A DNA stretch of 64,000 nt, taken from NCBI GenBank assembly GCA_963796965.1, contig CAWCNS010000007.1:544001-608000 (forward strand), given 5' to 3'. The stretch is from Calditrichia bacterium. GTDB lineage: Bacteria > Calditrichota > Calditrichia > JAJRVZ01. Shown here piece after piece: positions 10,539-20,408 of the stretch (position 1 is the stretch's first letter; every line of letters starts with the position of its first letter). The notes beneath the pieces were generated by a model that was not told where the DNA came from, ran no database searches, and saw only the letters and a list, made by a program, of their open reading frames with translations. The translations under genes and the position numbers were made by a program.

Positions 10539-10880
10539 ATGAAAATAGCATTTACTACAAAGGGCATAAAATGGGATTCGATGATGGATCCCCGATTTGG
10601 AAGGACAGAGTATCTTTTCGTCTATGATGATGTAGAAGACAAAATTTCTACTTTTGATAATCGTGACATTGCAAACGAAGCGCATGGCGCAGGTCCGCAG
10701 ACGGCACAAAAATTATTTGAATTAGATCCTGACATATTAATCACTGGTAACGGTCCCGGAGGAAATGCAGCAGCCGTTTTAGATAAAGCAAATATAAAAA
10801 TATATATTGGCGTTGACGGAATGACAGTCAGGAAAGCCTACGACACCTACAAAAAAGACGAATTAAAGGAATTTAAATAA
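10539..10880 (+). CDS. NifB/NifX family protein
   Basis: DPRFGR, AHGAG, ITGNGPG.NA motifs. Confidence 0.85.
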   Translation: MKIAFTTKGIKWDSMMDPRFGRTEYLFVYDDVEDKISTFDNRDIANEAHGAGPQTAQKLFELDPDILITGNGPGGNAAAVLDKANIKIYIGVDGMTVRKAYDTYKKDELKEFK

Positions 10881-11001
10881 GAAATAATCCCGGCAATTAA
10901 CTGTCAGAGGGAGGGATCTTCAACACGGCTGGCGCTTATGTACCAAACAACGTGTACATTAATAATCCACAGGCAAACGAAAACTTAATAATTTATGTGT
11001 A

Positions 11002-11742
11002 ATGAAATCATTTAAAGTATCTCAAGATTGGTTTGCTGATTTGATGCCGGATGGTATTTGTATACCAACAAGTACAATTATCTCAGGTCCTGCCGGTGCC
11101 GGAAAAGAGCTAATCAGCAGTATGATTGCTGCTTCATGGCTAATCAGGGGGGGGGCGCTCATCCATATCTTAACTAATTTTGATCGCGGCCATGCTGAAA
11201 AACTTCTTTCATACTATAATGTGAGTTCAAATGATAGTGCCGGAAGAATTGTCTATATCGCTTTTGATCCCTGTATAAAAGATATTGAAAAGATAAGTGA
11301 TGATGAATTTCGGGCAAATCTTCTTAAAACAGATGTATTTGAAGCGACCATAGAAAAAGCTCAAAATATTTTGCCCCAGTCTGATTTGGGGATATTAACC
11401 TACATGACTGCACTTAATATGCCTCTCTACTCCAATACATACAGTGATGATATATTCAATAAATATCTTGCGATGGCAAGAGACAGACGACAAACTCTGT
11501 TCAGTTTCTCAAGTAATATTTTTGCCGATAAAATGCATAAGATAGAAAATGCAGCAGATAATTTGATATATGTACATGGGACAGGAGTCGTGCGTTTGAG
11601 CTTGAAAATAATGAAAATGAAAGATGTGTCCTTTGTAAGGGATGAGATTCAGGCACCACTTAATGAGGAGCTTATAAGCATGCATCTGCAAACAATTCAA
11701 AAAATGCGCCAAACCCTTGTACCAATCATCAGGAAAATATGA
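11002..11742 (+). CDS. RecA/KaiC-superfamily ATPase-like protein with degenerate Walker A
   Basis: L.P.GI...TS.IISGPAGAGKE; AADN..Y near the C-terminus. Confidence 0.6.
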   Translation: MKSFKVSQDWFADLMPDGICIPTSTIISGPAGAGKELISSMIAASWLIRGGALIHILTNFDRGHAEKLLSYYNVSSNDSAGRIVYIAFDPCIKDIEKISDDEFRANLLKTDVFEATIEKAQNILPQSDLGILTYMTALNMPLYSNTYSDDIFNKYLAMARDRRQTLFSFSSNIFADKMHKIENAADNLIYVHGTGVVRLSLKIMKMKDVSFVRDEIQAPLNEELISMHLQTIQKMRQTLVPIIRKI

Positions 11743-12611
11743 ACATTTCATTAGACTGTATTCCGTGCATTGTAAGTAATTTTTTAAAGCTATTAAAAAC
11801 GGGAATTCTTCCTGAAGATGCCAGAGAAAAGGCCATGCGTCGTCTTTTGATGTTTTTGTCCGAAGCTGACTTTCAGCAATCTCCTCCGGAATTAGGACGA
11901 GAAATACACCGGATGATTCGTCAAGAACTAAATAATCCAGATCCCTATCTCGAGATTAAAAACAAATATAATCGTATGATCCTTAACATGAATTCAGATC
12001 TTGAAAAGATGATAATTTTCGCAAAAGATCCTTTTGATACTGCAATGCGGCTTGCTATCGCCGGGAATGTCATTGATTTTGGGTCACAACATCAATTCGA
12101 CCCAATAGAAACTATCAATCGGGTAATTAATGCTCACATAGCCATAGATGATTCGCAAAAATTAAAGGAAGATTTAAAATCTGCCGAGAGCCTTTTATAT
12201 ATTGGAGATAATTGCGGTGAAATTGTATTAGACAAACTCTTCATCAAGCATATTAATGTAACTAACACCTATTTCGCCGTTCGCAGCGATCCGGTAATAA
12301 ATGATATTACTATTGACGATGCCTTAATGGTAGGAATGGATAAATTCGCAAAGATTATTACGACCGGAGATAATGCTCCTGGTGCCGTCTGGGAATCGAC
12401 ATCCCCTGAATTCAGGCAGGTGTTTAATCAGGCTGATGTCATCATTTCTAAAGGACAAGGTAATTTAGAAGGATTAATCGATGTCCCCGGAAATATTTAT
12501 TTTTTATGCGTCATTAAATGCGATCTTATTGCCAGGCGACTGGGCGCGAAAAATGGAGATTTTATTGTCAAACATGGTTCAACCAGTATCGAACAAAAAA
12601 ATAATAATTAA
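11739..12611 (+). CDS. ARMT1-like / DUF89 damage-control phosphatase
   Basis: DCIPC, DPY, AIAGNVIDFG, DNCGE, IND, SKGQGN.E, KC motifs; ATGA overlap with the upstream gene. Confidence 0.9.
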   Translation: MNISLDCIPCIVSNFLKLLKTGILPEDAREKAMRRLLMFLSEADFQQSPPELGREIHRMIRQELNNPDPYLEIKNKYNRMILNMNSDLEKMIIFAKDPFDTAMRLAIAGNVIDFGSQHQFDPIETINRVINAHIAIDDSQKLKEDLKSAESLLYIGDNCGEIVLDKLFIKHINVTNTYFAVRSDPVINDITIDDALMVGMDKFAKIITTGDNAPGAVWESTSPEFRQVFNQADVIISKGQGNLEGLIDVPGNIYFLCVIKCDLIARRLGAKNGDFIVKHGSTSIEQKNNN

Positions 12612-12655
12612 ATAGCAACAGAGTAAAAAAAAATTCAATCTTTTAGGAAACCCCG

Positions 12656-13163
12656 ATGGATCAAATTCAAAATCTCTCACATCAGGAATTGCTCAGATTA
12701 ATCGAAGTTTATGCAAAAAACTGGCTGGCCCATGATGGATGCTGGTTTTTAGCGGCAGAAGAAAAGTACGGCATGGATGCGGCCATGGAACTTGATGCGA
12801 TATCATGGGAACGATTTGCTGTCTCTGAAGCCAGAAGGATTATGAAGGAATTTGATATCCCGTCCAATGGCGGCCTAAAAGCCCTTGAGAAGGCTTTTCA
12901 ATACCGTCTGTATGTCGCTATTAATAAGCAAAAGATTGAATGGTTAGATGATAATGTTTTTATATTCAAAATGATAGAATGCCGCGTTCAAAAAGCACGA
13001 AGACAGAAAAATTTACCGGATTTTCCTTGCAAACAGGTGGGAATTATTGAATTCAGCCAGTTCGCAAAGACAATCGATCCAAAGAATCAAAACAAAATGC
13101 GTTGCCTGCCCACCAGATGAAGTTGCCGATTTCTATTGTGCCTGGGAATTTACCTTAAGTTAA
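12656..13163 (+). CDS. DUF6125-like protein; extra A near 13082 shifts the C-terminus
   Basis: NWLAHDG.WF, CRVQ.AR, FPCK; the alternative frame continues IDPRIKTKCVACPPD...CAWEF to TAA 13163. Confidence 0.7.
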
Positions 13164-13179
13164 GAAAACGTGAGTTCTT

Positions 13180-13821
13180 ATGATTAACAAAAATGGTTAT
13201 GCTATCATCTTATATAATGGTCTTCTTCTTGCAGGATTTGTACTTCTCTTGATTTTCTATCCATCAAATCTATTAAAAATATTATTGGTAATTGCCAGTG
13301 TATTTTTTGTTTTTCATTTTTTCTTTTTTAGAGATCCGGAGCGGAAAATCCCGGAAAGAATAAAAGTAATAATTTCTCCGGCAGATGGCAAGATAATCAA
13401 AATTAGCGAAGTTGAAGAAAACAAATATCTTCACGGAAAAGCATTAATGGTGAGCATCTTTATGTCAATCTTTAATGTGCATGTAAACCGTATACCTGTT
13501 TCGGGAAAAGTGGAATATTTAGAGCATAAAGCGGGAAAATTTAAAGCTGCGTTCAAAGATAAATCTTCCCAGTTGAATGAGCAATCACTCATCGGCATTA
13601 AAATAGATCAAACTAAAATATTGTTTATACAGATTGCCGGCTTTATTGCCCGTCGTATTGTTAATAATTTAAAAATAGGAGATGAAGTAAAATGCGGAGA
13701 GCGGTTTGGGATGATAAAATACGGCTCCCGGTTAGATGTATTCCTCCCAGTATCAACAAAGATAAAAGTCCGGATAAATGAGAAAGTAAAAGCCGGAGAA
13801 ACGATTATTGGCGAACTCTAA
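13180..13821 (+). CDS. psd: Phosphatidylserine decarboxylase proenzyme (short type)
   Basis: FFRDPER, SPADG, SIFMS.FNVHVNR.P, AG.IARR, YGSR self-cleavage site. Confidence 0.9.
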   Translation: MINKNGYAIILYNGLLLAGFVLLLIFYPSNLLKILLVIASVFFVFHFFFFRDPERKIPERIKVIISPADGKIIKISEVEENKYLHGKALMVSIFMSIFNVHVNRIPVSGKVEYLEHKAGKFKAAFKDKSSQLNEQSLIGIKIDQTKILFIQIAGFIARRIVNNLKIGDEVKCGERFGMIKYGSRLDVFLPVSTKIKVRINEKVKAGETIIGEL

Positions 13822-13946
13822 ATTATTATAAAAGTTATCTTAACTAAATAGTGTCCGGTTAATAAATATTTAATTCAACTCTTTACCAGACACGAGTGAT
13901 CATAATTAAAACAACAATATTAGATTTAACGGGGACAGGAGTATAA

Positions 13947-14813
13947 ATGCTTACCGAAGAGCAGAAGGAAAAATTGGAACTGGAAAATAAAAAAATAACA
14001 GAAAACATTCACCACATTAAACATCGGATTGTAGTATTTAGTGGAAAAGGCGGTGTTGGTAAAACCACCGTGAGTGTAAACCTTGCCTATGGATTGTACA
14101 TTAATGGGAATAAAACCGGGATCCTTGATGCAGATGTGACTGGGCCCAATGTACCCAAAATGATCGGTGATAGCGATAAGTTAGATATGGTGGATAATCG
14201 AATTATACCACAAGAGATAAATGGCGTCAAAGTCATCTCGATGGCCAATATGTTACCACCTGATCAAGCCGTCATTTGGCGGGGACCAATGCGCTCAAAA
14301 TTGTTAAATCAATTTTTAGGCGACGTTGAATGGGGCAACCTCGATTACCTGATAGCAGATTTACCACCCGGTACCGGCGACGAGATTCTGACCATGACCC
14401 AGAAAATGGAACCAAAGATGGCTATCGTTGTTACCACTCCGCAAGAAGTATCGTTGATAGATTCTGCCAGAGCCATCAGTATGGCAAAACAAATGAATAT
14501 ACCCCATATTACACTCATCGAAAACATGTCCGGCCTGAATTGTCCTGAGTGCGGACATCGCATTGATCTGTTTGGCACCGGTGGCGGTAAGAAGCAGGCT
14601 CAGAAAATGGATGTCGATTTTTTAGGCGCAATTCCCATCAATATTCAGGCAAGACAGTTGGCCGATGAAGGCAGACCTGTAATTCTCGAAAATGCAAAAT
14701 CCGATATTTCAATTGCTATTATGGGTATTGTAAAAAAAATCGATGATCTTGTCAGAGAGGAGAGTAAATCTATTGTTGATAATATTTCTTTTTCAAAACA
14801 AAAAGAAAAATAA
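13947..14813 (+). CDS. Mrp/NBP35 (ApbC) Fe-S cluster carrier ATPase
   Basis: SGKGGVGKT, VIWRGP, DLPPGTGD, TTPQ, ENMS..CPECG. Confidence 0.92.
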   Translation: MLTEEQKEKLELENKKITENIHHIKHRIVVFSGKGGVGKTTVSVNLAYGLYINGNKTGILDADVTGPNVPKMIGDSDKLDMVDNRIIPQEINGVKVISMANMLPPDQAVIWRGPMRSKLLNQFLGDVEWGNLDYLIADLPPGTGDEILTMTQKMEPKMAIVVTTPQEVSLIDSARAISMAKQMNIPHITLIENMSGLNCPECGHRIDLFGTGGGKKQAQKMDVDFLGAIPINIQARQLADEGRPVILENAKSDISIAIMGIVKKIDDLVREESKSIVDNISFSKQKEK

Positions 14814-14840
14814 TATGATATCAATAAACTGGAGATCAAT

Positions 14841-15152
14841 ATGTTAGACATGATTGTAAATTGTAATTCTTTGGAATGGCAGGAGGCTGTCGAAAGTTAT
14901 CCGCAGGGTACGAAAGTCAAAGTTCTACGTGATGATAAAGGTGGTCGTACTATAATTCTAAAGATTCCAAAGGGATTTAAAATGGAGGGTCATTCTCACA
15001 TCAAGAATGAACAGCATTTAATTTTAAAAGGTCAATATGAAATTGATGGAGAGGTTTACAGCCAGGGAACGTATCAGCTGATCCATTCCAATATGACCCA
15101 TGGACCATTTACATCCAAAACCGGAGCTGAAATAATGGTTATCTGGCACTAA
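14841..15152 (+). CDS. Cupin domain protein (ChrR-like)
   Basis: HSH...EQ..IL.G and HGPF.S..G motifs. Confidence 0.75.
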   Translation: MLDMIVNCNSLEWQEAVESYPQGTKVKVLRDDKGGRTIILKIPKGFKMEGHSHIKNEQHLILKGQYEIDGEVYSQGTYQLIHSNMTHGPFTSKTGAEIMVIWH

Positions 15153-15170
15153 CAATATTTAGGACAGGTA

Positions 15171-15365
15171 ATGCCCAATATAGAACCATTTGAAAAGCAT
15201 CTTGACCAATATGAAGATTGGTTTTTTCAAAATCGTTATACCTATCAATCTGAAATAGAAGTGGTTCGACGTCATCTGCCCGTTGGGGGTAGAAGTCTGG
15301 AAATCGTTGTGGGTAGCGGATTGTTTGTGGTTGTAAGCGGAAGAAAAAGGAATTTTAATAAATGA
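15171..15365 (+). pseudogene. Class I SAM methyltransferase remnant with a large internal deletion
   Basis: N-terminus F....QYEDWF...Y.SE...LEI.VGSG joined directly to a C-terminal FVVVSGRK; only 64 aa. Confidence 0.6.
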
Positions 15366-16011
15366 TAAAAATACAAATTATTTACGATAATACCTCAATC
15401 AACCGGGACCTGAAACCAGATTGGGGATTTGCTGCCTTAATACAGGCGTTTGGTAAAAATATTCTGTTTGACACCGGGGCCAATGGAAAAATTTTGTTAG
15501 ATAATATGCGTAGGTTAGATATTGATCCACGTGTTATTAGTGATGTGTTTATTTCACATGGTCATTTTGATCATACCGGCGGGCTCTCTCATTTTTTAAA
15601 CAAGAACAATAATATTACCCTCCATGCCCCAACATCTTTTCGCGGTGTTCGGCATGCCAGAACGGTCATTACTATGATAGAACACAGGAGATATTTCCAC
15701 ATTTTTATACCACCGGTGAACTGGATAACATTGAACAGGCGCTGGTGGTTAAGATGGATAAAGGATTGATTATTTTAACCGGTTGTTCACATCCGAATAT
15801 GAGCAAAATATTAGCAGCCGCACAAAATTTTGGTGAGATCTATGGTATTATCGGCGGTTTGCATGACTTCGATCAGTATAAATTATTCAGAGACTTTCAG
15901 ATGATATGCCCGACACATTGCACAAAACATATTAAAGATATAAAAGAACTGTTCCCGCAAGCATATATCGAAGGGGGTGCGGGAAAATTTATCGAAATTT
16001 GGCAAGCCTGA
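15362..16011 (+). CDS. MBL-fold metallo-hydrolase; frameshift near 15670
   Basis: YDN, WGF, LFDTG, SHGHFDHTGG, then TGCSHP, GGLH, PTHCT in the second frame. Confidence 0.8.
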
Positions 16012-16093
16012 AAAAAAATATTCTTAGCCCTTTTCAGATGGGAAGTTCAGATCTATTCTCATAAATATTGATCGCGAAATACTAAACAATTAG

Positions 16094-16695
16094 GTGGCGA
16101 TGGTGAACGATGAACAACGCTGGCTTGAACAAAAAGGATTGGAATATATTAGAGAACTCGGAATTAACATGGCCAGATCATCGTCGATTTTGGATGTAAC
16201 ACCGGACATTATACTATTCCAGCCGCCAGGGTGGTCGGTTCAGAAGGAACAGTATATGCGATTGACCAGGAACAAACAGCCATTGATCAATTAATGAAAA
16301 CAGCACAAAATGAGGGACTTGACAATATTATACCGGTTATCTCCAGCAAACCAGCCATCGATTTACCCGCCGCTTCTGTCGATGTTGTATTAATTTATGA
16401 CGTCCTGCATTATTTAAACACGGATGAAAGAAAAAATCTTTATCAATCTGTAGATACTGTCTTAAAGGACGATGGCATATTGTCTGTATTCCCTAAACAT
16501 AATCAATTAGATGGGCCCATGTGGCATTTAGAAAAATTAATTATTACAGATATTGTTAAGGAAATCGAAAACAACCATTTCATTTTGATAGAAAAGGCTG
16601 AAAAACAATTAATACACGATGATAATCTTGAAACAGGAATAATAATTAATTTTAAAAAATCCAAAACAGTCCTGAATCAAGAAAATGGAAATTGA
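16094..16695 (+). CDS. Class I SAM-dependent methyltransferase; frameshift near 16168
   Basis: Joined frames give VDFGCNTGHYT..AA.VVG..G.VYAID and DVV..YDVLH. Confidence 0.75.
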
Positions 16696-16702
16696 TTATT
16701 GA

Positions 16703-17935
16703 ATGGAACTCACAGAGCAAAAATCGAAAATAAATTTTAAGGCATTTTTGTGGCATTCGGCTTTTCTTGCCCTGGCTTCAAATTTTATGGATGTGGATAC
16801 AATCATCCCGTCCATGTTAATCAAAGCCGGGGGAAATTCCATACATTTGGGCATTCTGACGGCGATCATGCTGGGTGGTTCGAGCCTTTTTCAGCTGGTT
16901 TTTGCCGGTTATTTATCAAACTTTTCGCTAAAGAAAAAATATCTGCTTATCGGAATAAATTTGCGAGTGATTTCTTTGTTAAGTCTCGCTTTGATCTTCT
17001 TTTTTGCCTACCTGATCAGTGGACAAATGCTGATCATTTTGATTTTCTTATTGATTTCTGTTTTCTCTCTCAGCGGATCTTTTGCAAACGTGTCCTATGT
17101 TGATATCATGGGAAAATCTGTTCAGGAGAATAAGAGAAAAAAACTTTTTACATCCAAAGAGATTATTAACAGTATCGGTATCTTTGCTTCAGCGATGATT
17201 GTTAGAGAATTATTAATTACGTTTGAATTTCCCAAAAATTACAGTTTACTTTTTTTTATCGCCGGATTGTTATTAGGCATCGCTTCTTTCGGTTTTTGGT
17301 ATATCCGCGAGGTCAAATCAATTATTAAAATGAAACGGGGATTTTGGGAGATTTTTAATAAAATTCCCTCCGAAATCAAAAAGAATTCAAATTTAAAATA
17401 TTATTTATTGATCATAAATAGTCTTGGACTGGGTCTGAGCATATTACCCTTTTTTATCTTATTTGCTAAAGATAATTTTGGATTGTCTTACCAGATGATT
17501 GGTGACTATTTATTGTTCCGTACGATCGGTATGCTGGCTGCCGGATTATTTTTATTCAAAATTTCAAAACGATTCCAGTATAAGAATCTTTTAAAATTTA
17601 GCCTGGTTTTGGCTGCTTTATTGCCCTCAATCAGCTTAGCATTAAAAGATCTTCAACAGGTATATCAATTTATTTTTATTTTTTCCGGTATTTTTATTTC
17701 TGTCTATAAAGTGGCCGTACATGGCGTATTGCTGGAAATATCTACCAACGAAAACCGCGCCGTTTATGCCGGTATCTCTGGAGCCGGAAATATTGTGACC
17801 ACATTATTCCCCTTATTCGCCGGATTATTAATTTCAATTTTAGGATATGATATCGTTTATCTATCTGTTACAGTGATCATTCTATCAAGTTATTTTTTCG
17901 TGACCAAACTAAAGTGCAAACCAGTCACTCAATAA
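16703..17935 (+). CDS. MFS transporter
   Basis: 410 aa with about 12 hydrophobic segments; EIS...NRA.Y.G motif. Confidence 0.8.
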   Translation: MELTEQKSKINFKAFLWHSAFLALASNFMDVDTIIPSMLIKAGGNSIHLGILTAIMLGGSSLFQLVFAGYLSNFSLKKKYLLIGINLRVISLLSLALIFFFAYLISGQMLIILIFLLISVFSLSGSFANVSYVDIMGKSVQENKRKKLFTSKEIINSIGIFASAMIVRELLITFEFPKNYSLLFFIAGLLLGIASFGFWYIREVKSIIKMKRGFWEIFNKIPSEIKKNSNLKYYLLIINSLGLGLSILPFFILFAKDNFGLSYQMIGDYLLFRTIGMLAAGLFLFKISKRFQYKNLLKFSLVLAALLPSISLALKDLQQVYQFIFIFSGIFISVYKVAVHGVLLEISTNENRAVYAGISGAGNIVTTLFPLFAGLLISILGYDIVYLSVTVIILSSYFFVTKLKCKPVTQ

Positions 17936-17948
17936 GAGAGGACAAAAG

Positions 17949-19112
17949 ATGAGAATTGCCAACAGAGTTAGTCAAATTGGAAAATCAGCGATCCATGAGA
18001 TGACCCGTTTATCGAAAGAGGTAGACGATGTGGCATTTTTATCATGGGCAAAACCAACCAGCGATACGCCGGAGCACATTAAAGAAGCAGCTATAAAGGC
18101 CATCCGGGACGGGCGCGTGGGTGGATATTCTGAGAGTTCTGGTCTGCCGCAACTGCGGGAAGTAATCGCCGAAAAACTGAATCGAGATAATCATATAAAT
18201 GCCCATGCCGGGCAGATTATTCTTACCGTCGGGGCTATTGAAGGCTTAGCTGCTGCGGTGATGGCAGTGATTGATCCCGGAGATGAAGTCATATTACCCA
18301 CACCGACTTATTCCACACATATCCGGCAGGTACAAATGGCTTCAGGTAATCCGGTGCTGGTCCCTTTAATCGAAGAAGAGGGATTCCGTCTCGATATTCC
18401 GGCAATTAAAAGAGCCATTACGCCTAAAACCAGGGCTATCATGTTTTGCACGCCCAGTAATCCTACCGGTACTGTATTCCCTGAGCAGGATTTAAGACAA
18501 GTGGCAGAAATTGCATTGGAACATGATTTGATGGTAATAACAGATGAGGCTTATGAATATTTTGTTTTTGATGACCACAAACATTTCAGTATCGCATCCA
18601 TCCCTGAAATGTCAAAAAATGCAATAAGCACCTATACGTTTACTAAAACATACGCTATGACTGGCTGGCGGATCGGCTATCTGCATGCCCATGAGGACAT
18701 GATTCCACAAATAACCAAGGTGCATATCCCCTTTTCTATCTGTGCTCCGGTTGTTTCACAGTATGCGGCATTAACAGCTTTACAGGACTCGCAGGATTGT
18801 ATTGCTGAATTCAGAAACCATTATCTTTCGGCGCGAAATCTAATGTGTGAGCGACTGGATCGTCTTAATCATATTTTTGAATATCAAAAACCGGGTGGCT
18901 CCTATCTGATGTTTCCAAAAATTATGACAGATGAAGGCCGCGATTCAACTGCTTTTTGTAAACGCCTGTTGCAGGAAGCGCAGGTCTCAGCAACACCGGG
19001 TATTGCTTTCGGGCCTACAGGACAAAACCATTTACGTTTGTCTTTTTGTGTTCCATATGAAATGATCAACAAAGCCTTTGATCGAATGGATAAATATTTT
19101 GGCTACGAATAG
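17949..19112 (+). CDS. PLP-dependent aminotransferase class I/II
   Basis: PSNPTG, DEAY, TKTYAMTGWRIG (PLP lysine), PG.AFG, RLS. Confidence 0.92.
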   Translation: MRIANRVSQIGKSAIHEMTRLSKEVDDVAFLSWAKPTSDTPEHIKEAAIKAIRDGRVGGYSESSGLPQLREVIAEKLNRDNHINAHAGQIILTVGAIEGLAAAVMAVIDPGDEVILPTPTYSTHIRQVQMASGNPVLVPLIEEEGFRLDIPAIKRAITPKTRAIMFCTPSNPTGTVFPEQDLRQVAEIALEHDLMVITDEAYEYFVFDDHKHFSIASIPEMSKNAISTYTFTKTYAMTGWRIGYLHAHEDMIPQITKVHIPFSICAPVVSQYAALTALQDSQDCIAEFRNHYLSARNLMCERLDRLNHIFEYQKPGGSYLMFPKIMTDEGRDSTAFCKRLLQEAQVSATPGIAFGPTGQNHLRLSFCVPYEMINKAFDRMDKYFGYE

Positions 19113-19116
19113 TTCC

Positions 19117-20142
19117 ATGGATATAATTTTTGAGATTTTACGACATGCATTGATGATTACCAGTTTTGTGTTCATCATGATGCTGCTTATTGAATATATC
19201 AATGTGCAAACAGAGGGTCGCTGGCAGGATTCGCTGAAAAATAACCGATGGGGACAATACTTTTTAGGGGCATTTCTTGGTGCGGTGCCCGGCTGTCTGG
19301 GTGCTTTTACCGTTGTATCGCTTTATTCTCACCGTGTACTCAGTTTTGGAGCCCTTGTGACTACTATGATTGCCACCAGTGGCGATGAAGCTTTTGTCAT
19401 GTTTTCCATGTTTCCCACAAAGGCCTTATGGCTAACCTTTATTTTATTTGCCGTGGGTATTGTTGCTGGTTATCTGACAGATTTATTATACAAAAATCAA
19501 CATTTACTAGTCGAGGATCTCGAGCATCAATACCCAATGCACGAAACTGAGGTTTGCCACTGTTTTCCCAAAGATTTAATATGGTATCAGCTCAAACATA
19601 TCACTTTCCCGCGGGCATTACTAATCGGGATATTTGTCCTTTTTTTATTATTCTTAATTTTTGGCTCCGCCGGCACCTTATCCTGGGACTGGAAGAAAAT
19701 CACCTTTGCTTCCGGAACTCTTTTCAGTCTGTTCGTAGTAAGCACGGTTCCCGATCACTTTCTGGAGGAACATTTGTGGGAACACGTCTTAAAAAAACAC
19801 CTGTTACGTATCTTTTTGTGGACTTTCGGGGCATTACTTGTCATTCACTTTATCGATAATTACATCAATGTGGAATTGTGGGTGAAAGAGAATTATATAT
19901 ACGTTTTATTGATTGCAGTTTTGATTGGAGTTATCCCGGAATCGGGACCGCACATGGTGTTTATTACCATGTTTGCTAATGGATCAATGCCCTTTAGCAT
20001 ATTATTAGCTAACTCCATCGTTCAGGATGGACATGGCATGCTACCTATGCTGGCCGTTTCGTCTCGCGGTTTTATCTGGGTAAAGATAATAAATATGATT
20101 GTCGGGCTACTGATCGGATTTATTGGATACTTGATCAGTTAA
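19117..20142 (+). CDS. Putative manganese/metal transporter (DUF2899-like membrane protein)
   Basis: PGCLGAF, IATSGDEAF, IPESGPH, QDGHG motifs; highly hydrophobic. Confidence 0.7.
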   Translation: MDIIFEILRHALMITSFVFIMMLLIEYINVQTEGRWQDSLKNNRWGQYFLGAFLGAVPGCLGAFTVVSLYSHRVLSFGALVTTMIATSGDEAFVMFSMFPTKALWLTFILFAVGIVAGYLTDLLYKNQHLLVEDLEHQYPMHETEVCHCFPKDLIWYQLKHITFPRALLIGIFVLFLLFLIFGSAGTLSWDWKKITFASGTLFSLFVVSTVPDHFLEEHLWEHVLKKHLLRIFLWTFGALLVIHFIDNYINVELWVKENYIYVLLIAVLIGVIPESGPHMVFITMFANGSMPFSILLANSIVQDGHGMLPMLAVSSRGFIWVKIINMIVGLLIGFIGYLIS

Positions 20143-20408
20143 TAATTATTTGAAGTAAAATATAAAATTTTTTATAAACGCAGGCTTTGCAGAGAAGGCA
20201 ATGGTATTATTTCAACGATTTATACTCATCAGCAGGAAATTTCTCTATATATTAAAAATCAAAAGGGTGAATCTTCAGGTGCGTTATTTTTAAATATCTA
20301 AAATCGTGTAATTCGTGGACATTTTTTGAATCATTACATTAACAGTTGCATCAAACTAATAAATCCGGGAGAAAAATCTTATACCTAAAAGATAGGAGGA
20401 CATTAGTA

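Noticed and set aside
8128..10880. Nitrogen fixation cluster
   Set aside because: Only NifB/NifX-like small domains; no nifH/D/K or radical-SAM NifB
10881..11001. Possible riboswitch or ncRNA here and at 40970-41200
   Set aside because: No recognisable aptamer consensus or convincing structure by eye; an Rfam scan would be needed
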